The notes under the pieces are model-generated. The model searched no databases and was not told the origin of the DNA. It saw only the letters and a list, made by a program, of their open reading frames with translations. A stretch of 52,685 nucleotides of DNA, filler included, from Sphacelaria rigidula (taxonomy: Eukaryota), in NCBI GenBank assembly GCA_964200075.2. It is 2 parts of 2 records of this genome, joined end to end, with 100 filler letters (N's around TTAATTAATTAA, not from the genome) between each part and the next. Parts side by side here need not be neighbours in the genome. Positions count along the whole stretch, not along the records: positions 1 to 26,300 come from CAXNAA020000141.1; 1 more part is not named here. The stretch is one strand, 5' to 3'. The position numbers and the translations under genes were made by a program. This document shows positions 12,701 through 22,999 of this stretch, in pieces. Every line of letters begins with the position of its first letter. Position 1 is the stretch's first letter.

Positions 12701-14248
12701 TCAAAGTTGGCTACTCACACTACAGTAGCCCCGCATACTACAAGAAACAGGGCTACATGAGCCTAGCACAGTGGGTCGAGACGATAAACTAGGAGGGTCA
12801 GCTACGTTCCCATAATCTTGGACGTCTTCATGCAACCCAGGAAATCTTTTTCGCACGCCCCAATCATTTGACAAGCTCTACACGACATGTCCCACACGAC
12901 ATGTGACAGCTTCTGGAGTCCATCCACATAAGCACAGCACGCAGCACACGCTGTCTGTTCCCGCCAGCTATCTGACCACACCACTCGCACCTTGACCAGA
13001 CCTGCAGAGCGTAGCTTGTTAACATACAGTGCGGCGACATGGCCGTAGTAAAAGATGAGGGGGTGGCGAAGTTCATGGAGCGGGCGAAACATAAAAGCCT
13101 CCTCTCCTTGTAGTCCCGCGAACAAGCTCTCCGTCAACACCCACGTATTATCAAAGTACTGTTGTAAGGCCTGCTCGAACGCAGCGCATCGATCAATGCA
13201 AGGACGAATGAGGATGCAACAGACACAGGAAGCACTTGTCGCAGTACAGGCACACGAAAAGACGCCACAATCGGACGGCCTCGGTGTGCGATAATGTGAT
13301 GATGCGGTCAGCATGCGCCTCCTCTTACCGAATCTGCGCCAATTAACCAACCGAATCTTCCGCAGGATTTCCCTCCAGAATACTCCAAACAATCCTCGAC
13401 AAGTGCCAGCTAACACAGCTTTGTCACCCTCAGCCGCCCGACTTTACCCCTGTCTCCGAGAAGCTCATACTATTGCCCACCCAAGTACACCCTTTCACCG
13501 ACTGGCGAAGGACAACTATGACTGAAATTTGTCATCAGGTCAACAAGCTATGCCGATCCCACACATGAAACACACCGAGCGCTCAAAGGTGTACCCGTGG
13601 GTACGCCCTGCCAATCGACCCGTGTGTTGAATGACGTGGACCCGTAGTTTGCGGGGAGTTCGTTCGGCTAGGGCAACAAGGGCAGCCTACTCCTCCGTAG
13701 TTTGGTGAATCGGAGGCCAAGACAACGCACCTGTCTAGTGCAACCCTTCAGCACGAGTTGGGGTAATGCAGAAATGTGCCCATCTGGCTGTAACCCTGGC
13801 GCATCCTGGGGATGACAGCCAGTCCACCACGAGTTCGGACGAGGGCCGCAGAGGGAAAGAGGGAGACTTTCCACTGCAACGGAAAAGTTACGAGCAAGAC
13901 TCGTCAATCTGACCTGAAAGCAACAAGGCATTGAAGCGGATTCGGCGTCGAGAATGTGGACAAAGCAAAGCAATTGGCTGGACTTGAAGCGTCGAAATCG
14001 TAGCAATTGCCTATATTATGAACCAAAAGCAGAAGGCCCGAGTTGGTCATATCGCCGAGTCGCCTAATTGACATGAATGCAGAATTATGCGCATTTCTCT
14101 TCATAATTTTCAAGTTGTGAAGTATTCGACACTTGAAAACGGTGATGTATCGCTAATGGTTGTCTGGTCGCACTCGACTTTTATTTAAAAAATGTGATAG
14201 TTTGCGCAACGCCTCCACCATTCCAAGCGTGGGTGTTCATCTCACCAT
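4057..14248 (-). CDS. ovoA: Ovothiol biosynthesis enzyme OvoA (5-histidylcysteine sulfoxide synthase with C-terminal SAM-dependent methyltransferase), 16 exons, ~819 aa
   Basis: Hand-spliced exons, all GT-AG and phase-consistent: 14246-14248 (ATG only, least certain), 13731-13913, 12991-13170, 12594-12674, 11751-11926, 11034-11192, 10454-10652, 9335-9469, 8746-8847, 8400-8539, 7135-7379, 6008-6197, 5380-5501, 4950-5150, 4513-4712, 4057-4200 (TGA). The translation has OvoA hallmarks: LRHPLIFYYGH, GVDEMTWDD, iron-binding HERIHIETSSVLIRELP (HxxxHxE), FGWDNEYG, VNYHEAKAF, GFHDLMGNAWEW, LYEDFSTPCFDG, RYHFRPHFHQHAGFRL, SAM motif EVGCGAG, YDW..TPRGSWLGGF and a terminal TIWRR. Confidence 0.93.
5654..5909. 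mobile_element. MITE in an ovoA intron (same family as 48812-49064)
   Basis: TIR GACACTTTCTACGATAGCCCCC / GGGGCTATCGTAGCAAGTTTC. The internal sequence is the reverse complement of the copy at 48812-49064. Confidence 0.8.
6248..6535 (-). mobile_element. SINE family B copy in an ovoA intron
   Basis: The reverse complement matches 31818-32139 (gctgatagtcatgacccaatccg, gatcccttgagaccac, A-rich tail, B box GGTTCGATCC). Confidence 0.75.
9023..9279. mobile_element. PIF/Harbinger-type MITE in an ovoA intron
   Basis: TIRs GGCCCATTATTATCGAAACT / AGTGTCAATACTAATGGGCC with a 3-bp CAA duplication on both sides. A related, interrupted copy lies at 22973-22999 + 25420-~25670. Confidence 0.7.
9490..10060 (-). 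mobile_element. Non-LTR retrotransposon 3' end with (AATC)n-like tail, in an ovoA intron
   Basis: The reverse complement ends gaccacggctggatc...cagttaaagtgcaacaatcaatc, the same terminus as 17240-17302. Confidence 0.55.
9663..9742. repeat. (AAT)n microsatellite
   Basis: About 26 tandem AAT units, two of them AGT variants. Confidence 0.95.
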
Positions 14249-15869
14249 CTGTACATACACATCGTTCGTGCTTATGGGCGAATCTGAAACGTTTTTACCC
14301 CACACCTACCGCCGCACGTTCGCTATGATCGGCAAATATATATACTTCCTCTGTCCCGTAAGTAAAGTCCGTTATGATCACACGGGCCCTTAACCGTGTC
14401 CAATGCCGTAGGCGATTTGTTTTTAATCTTCAGTTTTTTTTTCAGTTGAATCACATTTTTTTCTTCTTTTTACGCAGCAGCCAGCGTGCGCAAACGGCCG
14501 ATAAACGATTAGTCGGCCCAAAAATGGCCATATTTCGCCCCTTCTCCAGAACACAGCGAAGAACCCTGGAAACCCGAAAAACGGCAAAAATCGCGAAAAA
14601 AAGCATAACAGGCTCTTTTTCTCCGATTCATCGCTGGCATACACTAACTACGCCTAGTCTGAAACCACTCGCTTACATTGCAGACTTTCACTACTTAAGA
14701 ACAAGCGAAATTCGGCCGAAAATGTACAGATTGGACGGAATTTGGTTGAAATATGGTCGAACTTTGGCCATGTTTGACCCAACGATTCAAAGGTTGCAGG
14801 TCGATTATTCTGTTTTTGTTTCTCCAGTGGCCATCTCCACAACTATATATTTTCAGTGAACCTAACCATAACATCGTGAGCACCTCCGTTGGCGAGGTAC
14901 GGCCTATCCGCCATGACGGACTTAACTTATGCGACAGAGGGAGTAATAAATAAATAAATAAATATTAATTAATACAAGATTGTTCGAGGACGGATGGTTG
15001 GATGGTTGCTTGGGATTGAGTTTTATTTTTGGGACAAGGGGGAGACAAAATGGATCGAAAAATAATTAGATAAACTCGGCAATTTTCCCAATCAAACCAG
15101 CGGCCTGCGCAAGTGTTTCGACAGATAAGGAATGAACATACCAGCGATCCTTCACAGAAGAGGAGCGGACGTGTATATTTTGTCGACCCCAGTGACATCC
15201 GTTACCGTCCGCGATCGAGCGGCCTGTGTACTTGGTGAACGGTTTTCCCATCAAAGGGGACCTCAAAGCACAGGGTTATAGATAAGTTTGACATGATGTC
15301 CAAAAGTGCTGTAAAAGAAGTATAAAAGCCTGTGCAAGCCGCTCATGACCAGCAGGAGTGTTTCAATACACATAAACAACGCACGTAAACAACTGATGAG
15401 CTATGCAGATCTTTTCCTACACCCCCCCAATGGGGTGCGGCGCGGTCTCCAGCAACTGCAAAACTCAGCGCTTCACCGGTGTTTTTCTAACACATCAGTT
15501 CACCCTTTCTGACTCGCGGTCAACTCGTGACAAAATCTCGAAAACAGCATAATTCCTTGCTCTGACTAAGCATACTATCAAGGCGTAAACCAAATTCATT
15601 TTCGGAAGCCCTACCACGTCTGGCAGCCTAAGTACTTGGATTTAGAGTACCCTCCCCCTGCCCCCGCCCAGCCCCCCGTGCCAAAGTTGTGCTTCCAGAA
15701 ATAATTTGAATGTGCTTCCGAAAGTAGAACATGTATCAAACGATATATCACCCCTAGTATATATTACAGGAAGGGCGAAGACAGTATATAAAATTGTGGT
15801 ACTCTGTCATATCGTTTTACCAGGTAAAAAGGCCTCAGACTACTTTTCACGTGTCAAAAAATTAGACGT

Positions 15870-16235
15870 GTTGAAAAGTGCATTTTTGGCCCTTCTCCAT
15901 TGTTCTTCCCCCGAAAATAGGGCTAGGCGGATATTGACACCTTGGAGCGACTTGCTCTACTCGCTGAGACCGTTCCAGAGCACCTTTGCGTTTTCCGTAG
16001 GTATCAGTTTCGTTTTTGGCCAAACTTCCATTGTCCCCGTGTTTTTTCAATAACTTGACCGTTTATCATTGAAAATACAAGTTTGGCCAAACCAAACTAT
16101 CACCTACGAAAAACGCAAAGGTGCTCTGGAACGGTCTCAGCGAGTGGAGCAAGTCATTTCAAGGTGTCAACATTCGCCTGATTCCTCTTTTCGGGGAAAA
16201 AACGATGGAGAAGGGCCAAAAATGCACTTTCCAAC
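15870..16235. mobile_element. Foldback MITE with ~160-bp inverted arms
   Basis: 15870-16027 is the imperfect reverse complement of 16079-16235 (e.g. ctcgctgagaccgttccagagcacctttgcgtttt / aaaacgcaaaggtgctctggaacggtctcagcgag). Confidence 0.85.
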
Positions 16236-16559
16236 CACTTTATTATTAAGACATAAGAAGCAGCTTCATATTCGTTATTATGCGACAATAGGACATGGAT
16301 TTTTCATGAAAAAAATATGGCTGTTTCGCGCGATATATGACAGTTCAATAGTGTCACATGAATCTGCAAAAGCGCCATATGTACGATGAACAAAGTGAAC
16401 GTATGAAAATCTGACAGTCTGCCATACGGTCCTGCCGGGTAAAGGTCTAACTCTTCTGTTTGCTGCGAACCCAGAGTCGCAATGTCATTTTCGGTCACAA
16501 AAGACTGTCAGTACATGTTTGCAAGAGGATTGAATGCTTCATACTTTTGCGGTAGGTCG

Positions 16560-17302
16560 GCTGACTTCCAGACATGGTACTTAATACTTAATACGACCTA
16601 GCTCCGTCTCTTGCCCCCAAACCTTCACGGTGACTGGTATAGGATTGTGTGCGATGATGACGTTGAGACCACGGCCGGTGATGTTGGGCTCTCGTGTATA
16701 TTTCGGAGCATTACCACCGCAAAACGAAGGTAGCGCACAACTGCGACTGTCAAGGCTGGTGAACACGAATGCTGTGTACACGGCCGACAATATGCTGATG
16801 GTCGTGCCTACCGTGTCTTGGATCGCACGATACATTGGCGGAGCCTGCGCGATCTTGTGTGCTCATGTTTGTGTTTTGCGTTATTTATAAACATGAAAAA
16901 TCCAGCACCTGACGCGCCCGTCATCGAACTTTACTTTCGACTTCGTTCATGCTTGGTCGCGGACCAGCTTTACACTTCGCCTCCCGCATCTCTAGCCCTA
17001 GCCCTGGCTCTACCCTGACTATTTTTTCGTTGGGAGCGGTTGTCTTCTATCTTGTTCTGTTCCTCTCCATTCGTTACTCTTTTAGTCATTGTTTCCTTTT
17101 TGTCTTGGCCCTTCTATTTTCAGTTTTTATTTGAGTTTACTTCGTTTGTTTCATCGTTTGTCCCACATTTTTTCTTCCCCTTCAGCGAATGTTTCTGTCT
17201 TGTTTACCTTGGATAAGCCTTTGCTATCTTGTGGATCATGACCACGGCTGGATCGTGACTACCTCGCGAATCAGTTAATGTGCGACAATCAATCAAATCA
17301 AT
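16560..17302 (+). mobile_element. Non-LTR retrotransposon 3' region with (AATC)n tail
   Basis: A pyrimidine-rich tract is followed by gaccacggctggatc...cagttaatgtgcgacaatcaatcaaatcaat, shared with 9490-9570. The 5' boundary is approximate. Confidence 0.5.
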
Positions 17303-20300
17303 GTCACCGCCGTATGTGATTGCCACACCAAAGAAGCGAAGCTCGGTCATTTGACATGCCATGTTAGCTGCTTGATGGACAGGAAATTCACCGGTTAAGC
17401 CGACAGCCCACCATAGTCATTTGTCGGATTTGCGAACAGGGCCAAAGCCATCACCGAGGAAGCGTCAAGATCTGCTGCAAACGAATCCAAGAAAGGGCGT
17501 ACAGCGAGGCTTCTGTCAAGATTTAGGAGATAGCAGGATGGAAATAATGTAAATCGGCCAACAGAAGTTTGAGCACGCCGGACGGGACCTGGAAGACGCA
17601 CAAGGGTAACAGCATGAAACGTGTGACGGTTCAAGTATCTCAAACCGTCACAGACGTCTGGTACGCACAGCAACGCTGGCTTTTTGAGGGTCTGGCTTCT
17701 TGCCAAATACTCCTTCCGCGTTTCTGATACCAACGGTTGGCGTATATATGTCGTACATGTTGGGTGGGGCAACAAAAATGATGCTTGATGGAGTAGGCTA
17801 CGCTCGGCGATTGTGTACGCGCCCTCTCCTGAATTCATGATATTATTAATTGGACTGTGTATGGCAAACGTGTTGATCAAATTCATGCGCCAGGGCTGCA
17901 AGCTGGCGTCCGAGAGCCGATATACCGGTTGCTACCGTTGCCCGAAAAAATGCTGCCAGAGAATGGAGCTGATCATGCGGTCGTGAGTTCGACAAAGATA
18001 CGACCACACGGCTTCGCATACAAATGGGCCCGCATTGCTTCTTACCGACAACATGGTGGAGGCATTTGTTGATGAGTACACTGCGTCAGGGGCTGAAAAA
18101 GAACTTGTTCTCGCCCATTTTGAGAAGTCTTCGAACCGAAAGTCTGGGAGGAGGGGTAGACAACGGAAAGTGGGCATCAACAACGCGGGGAGATCGATAG
18201 GGAAACCACCGCCTAGGAGACGCCAACCTGAGGCGGGCCCTCAGAAAGTGGGGGGGTCCAAGGAAGGTGAGACGGGGAATAACAGTGATAGCAGTCATGA
18301 CTCCCAGTGTGTGGACAGCATTGACCTGGGCAGGGGGACAGCGATGACCCGGGAAATGAGAACAGCAACACAGATGAGCTAAACAGGGAGGATAAACACG
18401 AGGAGGACAATGATGGCGATCATCACGACGGCGAGCAAGAGGAGCCGGAGAATGAACCAGAACCATGACACGACGGCGTGGAGCAGAGCGAAATAAGACG
18501 GCGTGGAACGGACGTAACAGAACCCAAAAACGTGGAACGTTCTCCTCGGACGGCAGCACAGGCGATTCGGCCGAGAAGCCTCTCATGCCTTCCCAAAGCC
18601 AGCTTGGGCGTAGGAGGCAGCCGAAACGGCCCCCCTGCAAGTCGTATCCGTCATTTCCATCTAAGTCGCGATGCAGGTGGTGCATTAGACGCAGGGGGTC
18701 TCTTGATTAATTATGCGCATGAACCGGGTACAGCGGGGTCGAGGCATTACTCGCCACCACGCCCCAAATGCGCTTTCTCGCCTTGAACTTACCGCAACTC
18801 TCTCCAGAACCCGCTGACGCTCGACTATTGCCGCGAATTTGTCGAAAAACAGGCGTGCTAATTTCGAATTCGACGCCGCGAACGAGTTATAAAAGAGCCT
18901 GCGCCCAAGGCCACAAAACTCCCTTGATGAGGTCATCATGTGCTCACAAGCCACCGCAGGTCAGATGAATAAGCTTCTTCCGGCCAATTCCGTTGCCTTC
19001 CTCAACGTTTTTCTTGGCACACAAGTTTCATCCGAAGGGAAAACTTCATCCCTCTCCGTGATCCCCGCGAGTGACTAGCGAACTATCAACAATAGAAATA
19101 TATGTATATATATTGAGAAATCGACTTGAAAAAGGGGTTCGCAGGGAGTCGAATTCCATATATTATTCATCTGCGACCACCCCTGAACAGACTGGCTTGG
19201 AGTTTTCGCTGCTTTGTCGAACGAAGTTGGGGAGAAGAATGTTTCTATGTTGTCGCCAGCGTCTTGTAACTCGTGGGGAATACGGGTGTGCTACGTATTG
19301 GTATTGGTGGATTGCAAACGCAGTCAGGGTGAACCTCGCCGTGGGTTTCGGGATACACGATTGTTCTCTCACACCACACGGCAAAGTACTGCGCTGCCAA
19401 GGTGCTGCATCAAATACTATGAAGCGATTGCCCTAAAACAAACGCGTGGTAAGAGTCGAGTTTCCTCTTTGCTGTGAGAATTTGGGTCCTCTACATTTCA
19501 TGCTAGACATATATGCCGCGATTGCTGCATGACTGCTCCTCAAGCATTACAGGCCTGATATTTAAGGGAGATGAAGCCAAATCGCTCATGTTACTTTCAA
19601 CGAGGCCCCGTCACTAGCTGGGGAAACGTTTGACCGGGTGGGGGGGGGGGGGGGGGGGGGGGGAGTGGACTCATCTTGAGCCTAAAGGCGCAACCACCTA
19701 TATTTTCGGCGCCATAATATCTATATATTGGCTGCACCGTATATTATATCTGTAGCGTTTACAACACCGACAACCGCACATAGCCAACCTTTTCGTGATC
19801 GGTAAAAGCGTGTGCGTGTGAATGCCTTGACAACTTCATCAACAAACACCTCCGTTACGAGGGGGATCCAGAAAAAAAGCTTCATGACCCCTCCCCTCTC
19901 CCCTTGTGGAAAGTCGAGAAGGAGAAAAAAGGGGTGTGGATCGTTACATTTTTATCGGGGCCCGTTGACATTACACTACTTATATTGGAGAGAGGGTGAC
20001 CAACAAAATGGGCTTGCCGCGTTGTGCATACCGAAGCACACATTATCAAAGTTGGAATCTGAGCAATCCCTTGCGGTGTGATGAATCGGTCCAATGTGCA
20101 GCCATGCCTCGATGTACGTGGGTGCTGTACTTGTTTGTTGGCGTCTTTTTGCCTCCATCCTTCAAGGTCATATAGAAAGTGCTTTCGCTCAGATCTAGTT
20201 TATTACATCGCGTACACCTCTCTTACAACCACGGCTGCACTCGTGCCCTACCAGATTGCTGATTGTGAGACGAGCAATCGATGCCTTGACTGTGGCTGGC

Positions 20301-20728
20301 TTCGTCCGTGCGCCGCTTTTTCGCATGTGTGTCCTCGTGATGACACTTCTGCTGCGATTAAGACATTCGCCTTTTGGGCGGCGACATGTACTGATTGTAC
20401 AATTTTTCACGTGTTTACCCGGTCCATGATAGAGTGATCACATGGTAGGGGGGGTGGGTTGACTCGATGCAAAACAGGGGCTCGTAGGTGTGTCACACGA
20501 CATTATACACTCGCCGTGCGGTTGGATTTGGATGATAAGGATGTCAAACTTTATGAAAGACTGCGGCATACTCGCACGAAGCACTTCGGAACAAAGGTTG
20601 CTACTATCAACAGCGATGTTAATGGGCATTTGGGGGGGAACCAATGGCCCAAAACACCGCGCACCTATCGTCGGATGAGTCGATATTCGTTGCCGCTGTT
20701 TGCTAACCGGAAGTTGCCCATTTATGCT

Positions 20729-21780
20729 ATGGCGGTGGTGAAACCCGGGAATTCCTGGGCATGTTTTTTCGCACTTGCGGCCTTCACCTCTTTGACAAGA
20801 ACATGTGCATTCAAATACTTACTGGAGACGACGGCGCATATCCCAGGGACACTCGACGCGGAGATGCCGTCCCATTTGTCGTGGTATCCTGAGATGTTAC
20901 CCCATGATGCACAACTGCAGCAGGAGTCAAACTCCTTCGATCCTTCGCCTGTACCTCTCACGTTCACTGCGCGTGCTACGTTTCCCCTTAGGTGCGCCCC
21001 GATGTTGGCGAGGTCGGGGGTGAAGTACGAGGCGTGTAACGGTGGGGGTCGGCGAAGACTACTTGGCCTGTTCGGTTCAATTATGGTTGATAAATTCGTC
21101 GGCGGTGGTGAACGTCAGTCATGGTTTGACATCTGTCAGTAGACGCCCATTGCATCTGTGGCCGCGGCGGCTGTGGCGGCGGTTGCGGCTGTGGAGGGCG
21201 TAGTTTCCTGTACAGTGCTTCGATTGAAGGAGGCAAAATCTCGGGCTATCGAACGACGTCGACGCCTTGCCCATGGTGCTGTCAGCACTTGACGTGTTCT
21301 CCCTGTTTGATTGGAACATGGCAGGTTATGGCAGGTGTTTGGGGAAATTTGGAGATATAAACAGACCTGGAGTCTCGACAGTGGAGCAAGACGCAGCAGT
21401 ATTGATTGTCGGCGAGTGGTCATCTTTTCAGAATCGGAGGAGAGATGTTCACGATGTCAGACGTTTGCTGAGGGATAGATATGTCAAGTCGCGCTCGGTC
21501 GAATGCTCGTGAAACTGCGGGCACCGTGCATACTGCGCAACACTTTGTGGCACCGAACGCATTCCCACGGCAACCCGGCAGTGGGAAAATGATAATTGGC
21601 ATGCCCTCGCTTGCGGGCAACACTCGCGATGAGATGTATCTCCCCCGAATATGTCACGTGCAGCAATCGTGTCGGCATCTGCCGGCTTTGTGTGACATGT
21701 GTTCTGTAGCGAGGGAATGTGAACATTCACTTTGGGCCCTTATGAACGATAGCGTTGTCTTATTTGAGCAGAAGGGATGA
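20729..21780 (+). pseudogene. Disrupted intronless coding region with a signal-peptide-like N-terminus
   Basis: ATG at 20729 begins MAVVKPGNSWACFFALAAFTSLTRTCA (hydrophobic core). Coding-like frames 20729-21142, ~21227-21512 and 21481-21780 are separated by stops and frameshifts. Confidence 0.35.
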
Positions 21781-22104
21781 TATTAACGGGACTTGTTCCT
21801 CAGACTTTTGCATCTCTTGCCGAGAAATTGGAGTGTTTTCAGACTTCTCCAAAATATAAATTGCGGGGGGGAAAAAATACAGCGCTAGATCTTCGGAGTA
21901 ATCCGCACCCAGTCTGAAATGGATATATCGCCTGACGTGGTAAAGAAACGTGTTGTCACGTTTTCGGACACAACTTTTTTTTCATACCCTTACCCTACTT
22001 TGCAGCTGGTTCCAGCTGAAATCTCATGCTATGGTTGTTCCATGCAGGTATTTACATATATTTCTATTTTATTTTTATTTTGACGCAGGATTGTAATAGC
22101 CCTT

Positions 22105-22970
22105 GGACCCACTTTTATGGCAGGCACGAATCTCGATTTTTCCGAGCATCAGGGGGGAAAAAGCCGGGGAACACATTTTATGTACAAGGATGTGGTCCAA
22201 ATCGAGGGGTCACGATCTCGGAACGGGTTTCCCCCATTTTTCGAGAGCATCCGGGGAAATCGTTCCGAGATCGTGACTCCGCTCGATGTTTTTTAGGCGA
22301 CTTACGTGCATTGACGTACAATGGTAGAGTACAAGGCGTTAAATATTTTCGCAATGGCAGCAGAAGTCAGTCTCGTGACAGCACAGGGCGTGCCTACTGC
22401 CCGCCCCAGCTGCTGAAGCAACTTCGCACAGGGTTTGAAAAGCGGATAATAAGTGCTGACGCCGTACCCTGCGGCGATGGCAATATTTTATGCTGCGCTG
22501 CGCTGCCATATGTATCGCTATAACGAACGCTACTGTACTCTCCTGGCTGTCGTCGCTGTACTTGAGAGGTGATGTACGGCACTGCGCACTACTGAACTGT
22601 GCTCGAGCACTGTTTGTTCTCTGTTCCCGCAATACCGGCTGTGCCACCATGTACTATCACACGGCATTATCTTGTACTGTACTGATGCAGTGTCCTGCAC
22701 TGTATTACCCTAGGGTACCAAGGTACGACACTGTACTCGAAGGATTGTGTACCGCCTGCCTGCTCTTCGGCTTCATGCACGAGTGCGCAGGACCACACTC
22801 ATGCGGAAAATACCTGTAATTGTACAGAAGCGTTTCACAAATCTGTGATACTGTACTGTCTGTACCATAAAACGATTACCCCGATTTTGATGCCACGAAT
22901 TTGAGTCCCCCCGATTAATCAAAATCGGGGTCCCGAAAAAAACGAGATTCGCCGCAATAAAAATGAATCT
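22105..22970. mobile_element. Degenerate TIR element containing a small internal hairpin
   Basis: cacttttatggcaggcacgaatctcgatttttccg (~22110) versus cgaaaaaaacgagattcgccgcaataaaaatg (~22934-22965); internal inverted repeat 22201-22234 / 22253-22287. Confidence 0.5.
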
Positions 22971-22999
22971 TAGGCCCATTGTTATCGACACTGATTTTT

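Noticed and set aside
4057-14248. EgtB (ergothioneine) or a selenium-specific sulfoxide-synthase homolog instead of OvoA
   Set aside because: OvoA-type motifs (RHPLIFYxGH, GVDEMxWDD, RxHFxQHAGFR), the retained Tyr and the fused C-terminal methyltransferase all fit OvoA. There is no in-frame TGA or selenium-pathway neighbour.
19640-19663. Poly-G run as a G-quadruplex regulatory element
   Set aside because: Simple homopolymer; similar C/G runs are common in this window and there is no supporting context.
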